A DNA stretch of 64,000 bases from Candidatus Methylacidiphilales bacterium. Lineage in GTDB: Bacteria > Pseudomonadota > Gammaproteobacteria > JASGCS01. How positions within the stretch are numbered: position 1 is the first letter of the stretch; every line of letters begins with the position of its first letter. The position numbers and the translations under genes were made by a program. The notes under the pieces are model-generated. The model ran no database searches, was not told where the DNA came from, and was given only the letters and a program-made list of their open reading frames with translations. Below, piece by piece: positions 41,355 through 52,303 of the stretch. The stretch spans positions 270,280 through 334,279 of the forward strand of contig JASGCS010000001.1 in the NCBI GenBank assembly GCA_030054035.1, written 5' to 3'.

Positions 41355-42312
41355 CAATATCTCGCTCTTCAAGCAACTCTTTCTCAGTTGCTTTTATACG
41401 CTCTGCTTGGAAATCATCAATGGAGAGATTTTTAATAATTTTAACTTTTCCTTTATTTATTTTAATTGGAAATGAAAAATAAATATCATTTGCAACTCTG
41501 TAAGCGTTACCATTACTTAACACTCCCATACTCACCCATTGTGAATCACCAAACACCCAACTTTTCATGTGATCAATAGCAGCACTGGCCGCTGAAGCCG
41601 CGCTTGACGCCCCTCTTGCTTTAATAATAGCTGCGCCTCGTTGTTGAATTTCAGGAATAAATGTATTTTTGACCCAAGAGCTATCTAAGATTGTTTTTAA
41701 TTTTTTTGTTTTATAAAGGCCATATGTAGTGTCAGGAAATTGAGTGGCTGAGTGATTACCCCAAACTACTACTTGCTTTAAATCAGTTGCTCTACATCCT
41801 ATTTTTTGGGCAATGCTGGCATAGGCTCTATTTTGATCCAAGCGCATCATTGAAGAAAAATTATCATGCTTTAATTTTGGAGCATTTGCCATAGCAATTA
41901 AGGTGTTGGTGTTTGCGGGATTTCCAACCACTAGTATTTTTACATTTTTTTTAGCAACCGAACTCAAGGCCTTGCCCTGAACTTTAAATATATTAGAATT
42001 TTCAATCAGTAAATCATTTCTCTCCATCCCAGGACCTCGAGGTTTGGCTCCAACTAAAAACACTATTTCCGCATCGGCAAAGGCAATTTCAGGATTATCT
42101 GAAACAGTAACACCTTGCAAAGTTGGGAAAGCACAATCCTCCAACTCCATAACAAGACCTTTAACTTTATCCACAACTTGAGGCACTTCCAGTAAGCTGA
42201 GTTGTACAAGTTGTTTTTTTCCAAATAATTCACCACTTGCAATTCTAAAAACCAGCGCGTATGCAATATTTCCGGCAGCGCCGGTGACTACTATTTTAAT
42301 TGGTTTTTTCAT
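41335..42312 (-). CDS. mdh: Malate dehydrogenase
   Basis: [58 protein letters not shown]. Confidence 0.97.
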   Translation of the reverse strand: MKKPIKIVVTGAAGNIAYALVFRIASGELFGKKQLVQLSLLEVPQVVDKVKGLVMELEDCAFPTLQGVTVSDNPEIAFADAEIVFLVGAKPRGPGMERNDLLIENSNIFKVQGKALSSVAKKNVKILVVGNPANTNTLIAMANAPKLKHDNFSSMMRLDQNRAYASIAQKIGCRATDLKQVVVWGNHSATQFPDTTYGLYKTKKLKTILDSSWVKNTFIPEIQQRGAAIIKARGASSAASAASAAIDHMKSWVFGDSQWVSMGVLSNGNAYRVANDIYFSFPIKINKGKVKIIKNLSIDDFQAERIKATEKELLEERDIVKNLIP

Positions 42313-42323
42313 ATTGTGTCTCC

Positions 42324-43067
42324 TTATTGTTTTTTTATTTTACTATATTTAAATCTTTCAAAATCTTCAATAGTGTCTATACCACCATCTAACTCATCGT
42401 GATAAAAAGATATTTCAATAAAATCTCTATACCATAGCGACCTCAATTGTTCTAACATTTCTGCTTGTTCAAGATAGGATGGATGATACGATAAGAATTT
42501 GCGTAAGTATGATACCTGATAACAATATATACCGAGATGCTGCCAATATTGGATTGAGCATTGTGTATTTCTTACATAGGGTATAGGATGCCGGCTAAAA
42601 TAAATTGCTCTATTATTAACATCAGTAATAACTTTAACTACATTAGGGTTATTTAATTTTGTATGATCAAAAATTGGTGCAGCAGCAGAACTCACTTGAA
42701 TTGACTGCTTTTTTTTAATCATATTTTGGGCTACTAATTCAATAACCGTACTTGGTAAATGAGGTTCGTCACCTTGAACATTGACTACTATTTCATCATC
42801 TTTAAGTTCCAATAAACTACAGGTAAAGGCGACTCTTTCTGTGCCGCTTTGCAGAGAAGATGGTGTCATAACACATACTGCTCCAAAAGATTTTACGACT
42901 TGTTCAATTTCTTCATGATCAGTGGCAATAATTATATTGTTTGCAGTAGTTTGTTGGCACTGTTCATAAACATACTGTAATAATGTTTTACCATTAACCG
43001 TTAATAAAAGTTTTTTTTCTAATCTCGTAGACGAATACCGAGCTGGAATTATAATAGTAAATGACAT
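42324..43067 (-). CDS. kdsB: CMP-KDO synthetase
   Basis: [33 protein letters not shown]. Confidence 0.96.
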   Translation of the reverse strand: MSFTIIIPARYSSTRLEKKLLLTVNGKTLLQYVYEQCQQTTANNIIIATDHEEIEQVVKSFGAVCVMTPSSLQSGTERVAFTCSLLELKDDEIVVNVQGDEPHLPSTVIELVAQNMIKKKQSIQVSSAAAPIFDHTKLNNPNVVKVITDVNNRAIYFSRHPIPYVRNTQCSIQYWQHLGIYCYQVSYLRKFLSYHPSYLEQAEMLEQLRSLWYRDFIEISFYHDELDGGIDTIEDFERFKYSKIKKQ

Positions 43068-43069
43068 GC

Positions 43070-44095
43070 TTATATTTTACGCAACTTATTTGTAATAAAT
43101 GTTAGAAGTTTGCCTTCAACATTATAGTGTAAACGAGCTACCCATACATTACTAGGGAATGTAGCTGGATCAAATCTATAATAATCCTTTTCAGAAATAA
43201 CTGTCGCTAGTTTAGACGGGAAATGTTTGCTAATATCAAAAGATTCATGGTCCTTATACATAAAGCATTCCTGGACAATTATTGAGGAGTTATTCAGCGC
43301 TTCAATAAACCGAAAAGGTTTTGCAATAGCAACCAATACACGAACAGGAAGTTTCCAATCAGCTACAGGTATTTCAATTTTTGATTGAGTCTCATAAAAA
43401 GAAATAATTCTCGAATCAGATAAGGCTATTTTATTCATATATGGAAATAAATAGTTAGGGACTTCGGCTTTACTGTCAGCATGAACCACCACCTGATCCG
43501 CTTTACCTAATCGTGAAATTCTCTCTCTAAACGGACCTGAGGGTAATACGTAAAAATTATTAAGATTTGAGCAATCTATAGTGACTATAGAAACGGTACT
43601 TTGGAGTTTTAAATATTGAAACCCATCATCGCTGATAATACAATTACAATTATTCAATCTTAACAATAACTCTATTGATTTAACTCTATTTTTACAAACC
43701 ACAACTGGAATGTTACAGGTTAAGTAAAGCATAAATGCCTCATCGGAAACCAAATTATGGTCACTCGAATTTGTTACTAGAATAGGATTAGAAGGTGAAT
43801 GAGGGTATCCTCTAAGAATAATTGCCGGCCTGTAGCCTTGTTGAATTAAATGCAAGGCAATCAATCGAACTAGTGGTGTTTTGCCATTACCGCCCAATGT
43901 AATATTACCAATGGTAATTACGGGAATTTCAGGAATATAGGTAGGTAGTATTTTTTTTGAGTAAAGTAATTGACGAAGACTAACAATAAAATAATAGATG
44001 CAAGCTACTGGAAGTAGCAAAAAATGAAAAAGTGAAGGTTTACTCCAAATAAAACTTTCACGCATAAAACAAATTATTTTATCGCAGTCATACAC
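43070..44095 (-). CDS. lpxK: Tetraacyldisaccharide 4'-kinase
   Basis: IGNITLGGNGKTP, SDEA, SDDGFQ, LPSGPFRE, SEKD; start may be 44065. Confidence 0.94.
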   Translation of the reverse strand: MYDCDKIICFMRESFIWSKPSLFHFLLLPVACIYYFIVSLRQLLYSKKILPTYIPEIPVITIGNITLGGNGKTPLVRLIALHLIQQGYRPAIILRGYPHSPSNPILVTNSSDHNLVSDEAFMLYLTCNIPVVVCKNRVKSIELLLRLNNCNCIISDDGFQYLKLQSTVSIVTIDCSNLNNFYVLPSGPFRERISRLGKADQVVVHADSKAEVPNYLFPYMNKIALSDSRIISFYETQSKIEIPVADWKLPVRVLVAIAKPFRFIEALNNSSIIVQECFMYKDHESFDISKHFPSKLATVISEKDYYRFDPATFPSNVWVARLHYNVEGKLLTFITNKLRKI

Positions 44096-45816
44096 AAATG
44101 ATGGTAGAGAGAACCATTGGCAAGAAGGTCTTCATGAGTACCTACTTCTACAATAGTGCCTTGATCCATTACCACAATCTGGTCTGCCAATTTAGTTGTT
44201 GACAATCGATGGGCGATAACTATAATTGAACTTTGCATTTTTAATGATTGTAACGCTTCTCTAATTTCTCTATCCGACTCATTATCTAAAGCAGAAGTTG
44301 GCTCATCCATTAAAATAATTTTTGACTTTTTCAAAAATGCCCTTGCGATAGACAGTCTTTGCTTTTGTCCTCCTGATAAAAATTGGCCATTTTCTCCGAT
44401 TACTGAATCATACCCATCTGGAAGATTCATAATGAAAGAATGAGCGCAAGCTTTTCTACAAGCTTCTATGACCATATCATTACTGTAGTTACTTAACTCT
44501 CCGTATGAAACATTTTCTATAATAGTAGAGTCATTTAAAACAATATCTTGCCCAACATAAGATATGTGTTTTCTTAAACTTGATAGGGTGAAAGATTGAA
44601 TAGGAGTATCATCAATTAAAATCTCACCGGTTTGTAATTCATAAAATCTAGGAATCAAATTCATAGTAGTTGTTTTTCCACTCCCCGATCTCCCAACCAG
44701 TGCCACGATAGTATTTGGTTCAACTTTAAACGAAACTGAGTTTAAAATCGGAACAGAATTATGGTATGAAAAACAAACCTGTTTAAACTCAATTTTGCCT
44801 TGTATTGAATTAAGTGTTTTTGTACCTGTGTCTATTTCATGTTGGCCCTGCATAAAAGTAAAAATTAATCTACCTTCTTCTAAAATAGTATAGTATGTTG
44901 AGCTGAAATCAGACAGCCGTTTCAAAGGTACTAATGTCATAAAAAGTGCAAATAAAAATGAAACGAAAGCCGCACTAGTAATTTTCTCACTAAAATAATC
45001 AACGGTCGAAAGATAAACAATTCCAATAAATACCACCATTACAGTAAATTGCATAACAGGTGAAAGCACTGATTTTAACAAGATTGCTTTTGCACCATTT
45101 TTAAACATAGCAATACATAATTTTGAAAATTTACTACTTTCATAATTTTGAGCATTATAAATTCTAATTGAGCGATATCCTTTAACAGTCTCAATCAATT
45201 TAGAAACAACTAATGAATCTATTTTCTGAATTTTGAGAGTGTTTTCTTTGAAAAGTTTTCTTGAAGAGACAAATAGTAAGATCATAAAAGGAACAGCAAT
45301 TACTATGGATAAACTTAAAAGTAAACTTTGATATAGCATAACCCCAATTAACCCTAGGATAGTAAAAAAATCTTGGAATACTATCACCACTGACTGAGAG
45401 GCTGCCTGTGACATAGAATTAGTTCTTGTTATTACCATTGAAATAATTTCAGATTGCCTATAAGAATCATAATTTTTTGAAGGCATTGTCATCAAATAAT
45501 TAAACAAATCTACTCTTATATTCGAGACAATTTTTTGACCGATCCATGTCAGGTGATAGGTTGAAAGAATCATTGACACAGTCCTTCCAACAAAAAAAAA
45601 GAGCAAGATTAATGGTGCTAAAAAATTTGATTTCGATTTAAGTTCAATAGTAGTAATGACATCCTCCATCATTTTTGCAAATCCTGCATTGGTGATTGCC
45701 ACAAGAATTAGTGAAATAATCGCAATAATATATTTCAAGCGATGCTCTCGCGTGTAAGAAAATAATTTCAAAAGCACTTCTTTATTAGTTAAATCAGGTG
45801 TTGCTTTGTTGTCCAT
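44074..45816 (-). CDS. msbA: Lipid A flippase MsbA
   Basis: Membrane domain plus GRSGSGKTT, LSGGQKQR, MDEPTSALD; upstream of lpxK. Confidence 0.93.
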   Translation of the reverse strand: MDNKATPDLTNKEVLLKLFSYTREHRLKYIIAIISLILVAITNAGFAKMMEDVITTIELKSKSNFLAPLILLFFFVGRTVSMILSTYHLTWIGQKIVSNIRVDLFNYLMTMPSKNYDSYRQSEIISMVITRTNSMSQAASQSVVIVFQDFFTILGLIGVMLYQSLLLSLSIVIAVPFMILLFVSSRKLFKENTLKIQKIDSLVVSKLIETVKGYRSIRIYNAQNYESSKFSKLCIAMFKNGAKAILLKSVLSPVMQFTVMVVFIGIVYLSTVDYFSEKITSAAFVSFLFALFMTLVPLKRLSDFSSTYYTILEEGRLIFTFMQGQHEIDTGTKTLNSIQGKIEFKQVCFSYHNSVPILNSVSFKVEPNTIVALVGRSGSGKTTTMNLIPRFYELQTGEILIDDTPIQSFTLSSLRKHISYVGQDIVLNDSTIIENVSYGELSNYSNDMVIEACRKACAHSFIMNLPDGYDSVIGENGQFLSGGQKQRLSIARAFLKKSKIILMDEPTSALDNESDREIREALQSLKMQSSIIVIAHRLSTTKLADQIVVMDQGTIVEVGTHEDLLANGSLYHHLCMTAIK

Positions 45817-45825
45817 ATAGCAGTC

Positions 45826-46239
45826 TTAAGGTTGGATGGTTACAATTCCTATTGCGCCAACTTTTAAAGTATTGGATGCTGCGATAGTTTGAACTACAGA
45901 CTGATGAGGGGCCCTGGCGTCAGCTTGAATCATAATTTGATAGCTACCAGAATCGCTTATCATTTCTTGGCGCATTGCTTTAACCAGCGCCTCAGTTGCT
46001 TGTGGTTGTACGATACGGCCATCTAAATAAATTTTTCCTTTAGTATCAATTTGAATATATATTTTTTTTAGATCACTTCTCAGTGGAGAAGAAATGGCTT
46101 TAGGTAACTGAATAGATAGGCCAGCCTGCTTCTCAAAAGTAGTCGTGAGAACAAAAAAAACTAATAACATAAAAACCACATCAACAAGTGATGTTAGATC
46201 AATACGAGGTGTCTGAGGTTTTTTATTAGTGAATTTCAT
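45826..46239 (-). CDS. exbD: ExbD/TolR family biopolymer transport protein
   Basis: IDLTSLVDVVFMLLVFF.LTTTF, IQAD. Confidence 0.9.
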   Translation of the reverse strand: MKFTNKKPQTPRIDLTSLVDVVFMLLVFFVLTTTFEKQAGLSIQLPKAISSPLRSDLKKIYIQIDTKGKIYLDGRIVQPQATEALVKAMRQEMISDSGSYQIMIQADARAPHQSVVQTIAASNTLKVGAIGIVTIQP

Positions 46240-46248
46240 TTTGAGCTA

Positions 46249-46845
46249 TCAACTCAACACATCTAATAATCTAGTTGCTTCTCGTTCCATAGCTAAGACT
46301 ATTTCAGATATTTTATTTAGAAATATTTTGTGAAAAACGAGAGCAGGAATAGCCACCAGTAAACCACCTACTGTTGTGATAAGTGCTGTTGCGATTCCCC
46401 CCGCAAGCTCCTTTGAACTTGCACTTGTTGATAATGTAACAGTTTGAAATATTTCAATCATTCCAATCACGGTGCCAAGTAACCCTAAGAAAGGCGCTAT
46501 GGAGACTATTATTTCAAGAATATATAAAAACTGTTCAAGTTCTGAGGTTACCTGTCTTCCAACATCTTCAAGTCGTTGCTGGATAACAAAACGAGGCTGA
46601 TTACGATATTCTAATCCTGTAGCCAGTACTTTTCCTAAAAGCGATGAGTTTTTTAGTGTTTCAATTTTATCCTTAGTAATGTCATTGTCCTCAACCCATG
46701 TCCAAACTTTTTCGATAACCGACCGAGGGAATATCCGGTTTTTTCTTAAAAAGACAAAACGCTCTATCACTATTGCACTTGCAATAACAGAGCAAAGAAC
46801 AATGGGCACCATAACCCAACCACCAGATTGAATAATCTCAAGCAT
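46249..46845 (-). CDS. exbB: MotA/TolQ/ExbB proton channel protein
   Basis: GGWVMVPI, APFLGLLGTV.GMI, GIATALITT..GL.VAIPA. Confidence 0.9.
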   Translation of the reverse strand: MLEIIQSGGWVMVPIVLCSVIASAIVIERFVFLRKNRIFPRSVIEKVWTWVEDNDITKDKIETLKNSSLLGKVLATGLEYRNQPRFVIQQRLEDVGRQVTSELEQFLYILEIIVSIAPFLGLLGTVIGMIEIFQTVTLSTSASSKELAGGIATALITTVGGLLVAIPALVFHKIFLNKISEIVLAMEREATRLLDVLS

Positions 46846-46877
46846 ATTTCCTACTATTATAATACGAAGTTTAAAAA

Positions 46878-49253
46878 CTAATAACGCATTGGATATTTAC
46901 TAATCATACCTCCATATTGAAAATGGTCAGATTGCCATCTTGTAAACATTTCAAATCTCAAGCAATTTCCAGAGAAATTTAAGTCATGAACTGAAATTCT
47001 AATCATTCCACACCAAGCGCTATTCATAAAAGGAATTTTTAAATGTGCTAAAGTTCTCATGGTATCATTGTGAGGAAATCTATATCTATTTTTAATACCA
47101 GATGATATTAGAGCTAATGAAGGTTTAAGGTTTTTTAATAAGCTAGCGTGGCTTGAGCTTTTGCTTCCATGATGACCTAGTAAAACAATTGTAGATTTCA
47201 AATCGGGATAATATTTCATTAGCGCAATCTCACCTTTAATTTCTAAATCACCTAAAGCTAAAAAAGATAAGTTGGTGCCCTTAACCAATAGGACACATGA
47301 ATGATTATTAGTGGCACGATCTTCTATTAATGGAAGAGGTTGAAAAATTGTAAAAGTAACTTTATCCCATTGCCAGCTATTAATTTCACTACAAGTAGTG
47401 GATAAATTCTCATCAGTGATATTATGTAAATATGTATGTTTTGTGTATGGATCTGCTACCACGATTTTACTAATTAACGCATGTTTGGTTAAATACCCCA
47501 AACCAAAGGCATGATCAGAATCTCCATGTGAGGCTATAACCATAGAATATTGTTTGATTCGTCTAGAACGACTATAGGGATGAACTACCAACTCTGCATA
47601 ACTTTTTTTAAAATATGAATCTCCAACATCGTACAGTATTTGGTGATTAGCGGTTTCAATTAATATTGATTGACCTTGCCCAACATCAAATATCGTAATA
47701 GTGAAATATCCAGGTAGTATTCTAGAGTTAGAATACGCATACCATAAAATTAAAGCAACGCATATTCTAATAGACATCCAAATAGTTATTGGAGAAACTA
47801 GAATATTTCCAATTAGAACTAACATTATCAAAACATGAGGTATTGAGACATTGGGTATTGCTAATAGAGTAAAATTGTTGATGGGTATTTGTTTAAGTAG
47901 ATATTGAAATAATTCAGATGTATAAGTAAATAATTCAATAATTATTAATGCGTTAGTGTCAGTAATTAAATAGTAAATAAAATTAACAAATGCTAAAGGC
48001 ATTAGGATAAATTCGACAAATGGTATCGCAAATAAATTACTAAATGAACTTAAAGTCGCATATTGATTAAAAAATAAAAGTGCGATAGGAAATAACAACA
48101 CTAACAATATAACTTGCATTCCTAATAATTTAAAAATAAGTGAGTATGATTTAAAATGTTTACCAATCAACACAATAATCATAAACGCAACAATACTAAA
48201 CCAAGTACCGACTAATAAAAAGCTCGTCGGGGAATAGATAAGCAAACAGATAGAGCATAGTAGCAATAAAAATGATAATGTAGTATTTCTTGATAGCATT
48301 AATGAAGCGGTGATAAAACCAAAAAATAAAAGCGCTCTGGCTGTTGGTATCGACAATCCGGATATGAGAGAATATAAAATTACAATTATCGCAGAAAAGC
48401 CAATGGCAATAAATGTGACAATATTACTTTGTCTAAAAATAAAAAACATAGATAGTAAAAGAGAAATTAATGAATATGACATAATTCCGAGAGCGCTTAT
48501 GTGAGAACCAGAAATTGAAATTAGATGAATAGTTCCGGTTTGATTAAACAAATCCCATTGCTCATCGGTAAGCAACCTTGTGTCACCAGTAGTAAGTGCG
48601 AGTAGCAAACTATCAACTGGTTTATTGAGTGATTTAATTGAGTCGTAATATGACTGCCTAATTGATGTTATTTTTGATTTGATAGAAACGCATGGTTTCT
48701 TTTCTTTAAGTATCAGAACAATTCCTTTTCCAATTTTTTGTTGAGCAAAAGCAATTCTTTCTAAATCAATGTAACCGACATTTTTTACTTCACGAGGAAA
48801 TGATATTTTAGTCACTACAGAAATACAATCACCAATGGTAATTTTATCTTCGCTTGCGGAGCGAAGTGTTACATAGAGTGAAGGGTAATACCCTACTTTT
48901 TTACTTTCAATATTAGTAATTTTCAATGTGAATGAATGAGTATATGAATCGTAGCCAGTATTTGTGTCTACTGTAATCAAACCTGTTACAATTCCAGATA
49001 GATTAATTATAGTATCTTCTGGAATATAGCTTTTTATTTTTTCATAAGTAACCACATAGTGAAATGATAAAACGAATCCAATTATAAAATAAAACCATAC
49101 ACTTTTAATAACTACACAAACTATCGCGATAATAACAATCAAAATAAGAACAAAAATGAAGTTATATTGCAATGGTATAAAATACGGAAGCAATGATCCT
49201 GCGATCAGCATAAAAAGTGCGCCAGAATAAAATCTAGATGAAGACATCTTCAC
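46878..49253 (-). CDS. comEC: DNA uptake channel ComEC/Rec2
   Basis: TGTIHLISISGSH, PTARA, FDVGQG, SHGDSDH, NNHSCV, HHGSKSS, NRYRFPH. Confidence 0.93.
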   Translation of the reverse strand: MKMSSSRFYSGALFMLIAGSLLPYFIPLQYNFIFVLILIVIIAIVCVVIKSVWFYFIIGFVLSFHYVVTYEKIKSYIPEDTIINLSGIVTGLITVDTNTGYDSYTHSFTLKITNIESKKVGYYPSLYVTLRSASEDKITIGDCISVVTKISFPREVKNVGYIDLERIAFAQQKIGKGIVLILKEKKPCVSIKSKITSIRQSYYDSIKSLNKPVDSLLLALTTGDTRLLTDEQWDLFNQTGTIHLISISGSHISALGIMSYSLISLLLSMFFIFRQSNIVTFIAIGFSAIIVILYSLISGLSIPTARALLFFGFITASLMLSRNTTLSFLLLLCSICLLIYSPTSFLLVGTWFSIVAFMIIVLIGKHFKSYSLIFKLLGMQVILLVLLFPIALLFFNQYATLSSFSNLFAIPFVEFILMPLAFVNFIYYLITDTNALIIIELFTYTSELFQYLLKQIPINNFTLLAIPNVSIPHVLIMLVLIGNILVSPITIWMSIRICVALILWYAYSNSRILPGYFTITIFDVGQGQSILIETANHQILYDVGDSYFKKSYAELVVHPYSRSRRIKQYSMVIASHGDSDHAFGLGYLTKHALISKIVVADPYTKHTYLHNITDENLSTTCSEINSWQWDKVTFTIFQPLPLIEDRATNNHSCVLLVKGTNLSFLALGDLEIKGEIALMKYYPDLKSTIVLLGHHGSKSSSHASLLKNLKPSLALISSGIKNRYRFPHNDTMRTLAHLKIPFMNSAWCGMIRISVHDLNFSGNCLRFEMFTRWQSDHFQYGGMISKYPMRY

Positions 49254-49293
49254 GATTTTAATAAGCGTAAAATCAGAAATTAAATTTTAAGTA

Positions 49294-49965
49294 CTATTCT
49301 TCTTGTAAGTTACCAAAGGTAAGATTTAATCTTCTAGTTACTTTAGAAGATATTTGTTGGTCATGAGTAGCAATTAACAAGGCTTTATTGCTTTGATTAC
49401 AGAGATTTAAAAGTAGATTAATGATATGCTCTTTAGTATGCGGATCTAAATTTCCAGTTGGCTCATCTGCAATAACCACACTTGGATTGGTAATAAGCGC
49501 TCGAGCAATCGCAACTCTTTGTCTCTCACCGCCTGATAGTTGATATGGGTAAAGTGTGTTTTTATTTTGTAGTGAAACTTGATTTAAAAGTTCTCGGACA
49601 AGATTAGTAATCGTAGTACTGGATACCTGGGTTAGATAAAGTGGCAATGCAATATTTTGCTCTACGGTAAGCTCCCGCACTAAGTGGTGTCTTTGAAAAA
49701 CAAAGCCAATATGTTTTAATCTAAATAAAGACCACTGTTGCTCGCTATAATTTGAGATATCAATAGAACAATGTTTAATCATCCCGCTATCAGATTTTAA
49801 TAATCCTGCAATAATATGAAGAAAAGTAGATTTTCCAGAACCTGATGCTCCATATAATGCTATTGATTGACCTGGGTAAATTGAACATGAAACTTTATTT
49901 AGAATTGGATTACCTTCTGAATAAGATTTTAAAACTTCGATTATTTCTAAAACCGGACTAATCAT
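49294..49965 (-). CDS. lolD: Lipoprotein release ABC transporter ATPase LolD
   Basis: GASGSGKST, IGFVFQ.HHL, LSGGERQRVAIARAL, ADEPTGNLD. Confidence 0.9.
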   Translation of the reverse strand: MISPVLEIIEVLKSYSEGNPILNKVSCSIYPGQSIALYGASGSGKSTFLHIIAGLLKSDSGMIKHCSIDISNYSEQQWSLFRLKHIGFVFQRHHLVRELTVEQNIALPLYLTQVSSTTITNLVRELLNQVSLQNKNTLYPYQLSGGERQRVAIARALITNPSVVIADEPTGNLDPHTKEHIINLLLNLCNQSNKALLIATHDQQISSKVTRRLNLTFGNLQEE

Positions 49966-51220
49966 GGCGTAATATGTCAGATGGTTTTATCATACTCGCT
50001 CGATACGAAGGGTGAATTATGAAGAATAATGAAAGTAAAATTGTAGATAAGGAAATTATTAAAACATCTTTTAACAAAACTTGACTAGGGACTTGTGTAA
50101 TAATAAAAGTGTCTGTATTTAATATTTTAATATTAAATAGTTGCTCAAAACCAAAAACAATTGCTGGAACATTATAAGCGATAGATAGTCCTATAACATT
50201 TCCAAACAATATACCCATTCCAACTAAAAGGCATCCATAATAGAGAAATATTTTTAAAATGGTATTTGGCGTAGCGCCGATTGTTCTTAAAATCGCAATC
50301 GTAGAACGCTTTTCTCTTACCAGCTGAGATAACGCGATAGATAAATTGAATGTAGCGAGCAACACAATGATGAATAAAATTAAAAACATAACTTTCCGTT
50401 CTAATGCTATGGCCTGGAATATATTACTATTTTTTACCGTCCAGTCCATAATTATTAATGGCTCAGTTATACTTTGCTGAATTAATTTTGCAACTTCAGG
50501 AGCGCGCTCTGGATCTTTAAGCCAAACCATTAAACCATCTATCTGGTTGTTATGGGAAAATAATATCAAGGCATCTTTTAATCTCATAAAAACCATTGAG
50601 CTATCAATTGAATGAATGCCGGAATTGTAAGTTGACGCAAGTGTTACTTTTTTAAAAGTAGGAACAAATCCTATAGCTGTTTGATGGGTATTTGTGGAAA
50701 GTAATAAAACTTGTTGGTTGAGATTAAGTCCGATTAATTTGCGCAAATATTCGCCGCTAATAATTTGCCATGGCATTGCGCTTGGATGAAGCGCATCAAG
50801 CACTTGCTTACTTGATTTATCCTGAAGTTGAAAGCCATATTTGAATGCGTCTTCCTCTATTCCATAAACAAGTACTCCTTGTAAATATTGATCGTACTTT
50901 ATCATCGCTTCTCCACGAACATATGGAGTGGTTAATGAAACCTCTGGCAAGTTAGAAATTAATTTAATCACAGAATCCCATGGTATAAAAAGGGGATCAT
51001 TTTTTAGGGCTTGAATTTCAATATGGGGAGTAAATTGTAGTAAAGATTTTTTTAACTCCTTTGAAAAACCATTCATAATTGATACCGCCACCAACATAGC
51101 ACTAATTCCCAAAGTAATGCCAATAACTGATAATAAAGATAATAGGGAAATAATTCTACTTTCAGATTTACCTCGAATATATGAAACGGCAATAATAAAA
51201 GGTGTGGAATATCTAGACAT
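49958..51220 (-). CDS. lolC: Lipoprotein release permease LolC/LolE family
   Basis: GITLG...SIMNGF, DWT, EKRSTIAILRTIGA, PSYRAS.IKP; single permease gene upstream of lolD. Confidence 0.9.
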   Translation of the reverse strand: MSRYSTPFIIAVSYIRGKSESRIISLLSLLSVIGITLGISAMLVAVSIMNGFSKELKKSLLQFTPHIEIQALKNDPLFIPWDSVIKLISNLPEVSLTTPYVRGEAMIKYDQYLQGVLVYGIEEDAFKYGFQLQDKSSKQVLDALHPSAMPWQIISGEYLRKLIGLNLNQQVLLLSTNTHQTAIGFVPTFKKVTLASTYNSGIHSIDSSMVFMRLKDALILFSHNNQIDGLMVWLKDPERAPEVAKLIQQSITEPLIIMDWTVKNSNIFQAIALERKVMFLILFIIVLLATFNLSIALSQLVREKRSTIAILRTIGATPNTILKIFLYYGCLLVGMGILFGNVIGLSIAYNVPAIVFGFEQLFNIKILNTDTFIITQVPSQVLLKDVLIISLSTILLSLFFIIHPSYRASMIKPSDILRHD

Positions 51221-51245
51221 GTCAGTAGAGTATAATAATTAAAAA

Positions 51246-51947
51246 ATGAATAATTCTTTACCAATATTCTACTCTCTAGAAAGAGTTTTGCTTTACGTAT
51301 GTACGATTAGCACAATAACGATTATGATCACTAGTTTCGCTGAAGAGGTGGTAGGAATAACCCCTACCTTAACCAATGTGGAAACCACTATAAACGGAAC
51401 CGCATATAGAATCTATAGAAATCAAGATAATACTAACTTACTTGATGGGATTTATAGAAAAACCTCTAGGCCATGTCCGCCCTACTGCATTCAACCAATA
51501 AAAGCAAATACTAAAGTTGAAACAATTGGGGAGCTAGAGTTGATAGAAAATTATAATAAAAACTTGATAGGTAACAAAACATTGCTTCTTGACGTAAGAG
51601 AACCAGAATGGTATTTACTTGGAAGCTTGCCTGGATCAGCACAAATTCCGTTATCAATAATTTCAATTGCCTTTGAGCAAAACAATCTTCAGCTTATGGA
51701 TAAATACGCCACAAACCAAGCTACGATAGATGTGATAAAATCGTTCAAACTACTAACCAATACCTTTAATCCATTTTTAGAATACCCTACTATTATAATT
51801 TTTAGTAATGGAAATTGGGATTCGGATAGCTATTCAACAATTCAATTATTAATTAATAAAAAATATCCAGCAGAAAAAATTCATTGGTACAGAGGCGGTG
51901 TGCAAGATTGGTTAGGTTTAGGATTTAAGCTTACTCAAGCACGATAA
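51246..51947 (+). CDS. Exported rhodanese-like protein (catalytic Cys apparently absent)
   Basis: Signal-like N-terminus, TSRPCPPYCIQP, VETIGELE, LDVR..W...GSLPGS..IP, YPAEKIHWYRGG.QDW; active-site loop reads FSNGNWDSDS. Confidence 0.82.
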   Translation: MNNSLPIFYSLERVLLYVCTISTITIMITSFAEEVVGITPTLTNVETTINGTAYRIYRNQDNTNLLDGIYRKTSRPCPPYCIQPIKANTKVETIGELELIENYNKNLIGNKTLLLDVREPEWYLLGSLPGSAQIPLSIISIAFEQNNLQLMDKYATNQATIDVIKSFKLLTNTFNPFLEYPTIIIFSNGNWDSDSYSTIQLLINKKYPAEKIHWYRGGVQDWLGLGFKLTQAR

Positions 51948-52008
51948 ATTATATTCTTAAAAGTTACTCAAATTTCACACATCTCCTTTGGAGAGTTGCA
52001 AATAATCT

Positions 52009-52303
52009 TTTTTTTATATTGAACAGTCATGTATTGTTTTGGTGGAAACCGTTCCAATACTGCAGCAATTGTTGTAACAATAACTTGAGTTTGTTTTAAT
52101 TCAATTAATGTATTTGCTGTGTTGATTAATTACAGAATGGGATTGTTTACCATATGATCGAGTTGCCCCTTCACCAGAACATTTAATCAACACAGCAAAT
52201 ACATTAATTGAATTAAAACAAACTCAAGTTATTGTTACAACAATTGCTGCAGTATTGGAACGGTTTCCACCAAAACAATACATGACTGTTCAATATAAAA
52301 AAA
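52009..52303. repeat. Perfect 121-bp inverted repeat with 53-bp spacer
   Basis: 52009-52129 is the exact reverse complement of 52183-52303 (checked base by base). Confidence 0.97.

Noticed and set aside
52009-52303. MITE/IS or recombinase-driven invertible promoter
   Set aside because: The arms are mfd coding sequence, no target-site duplication is evident and no transposase or invertase is nearby.
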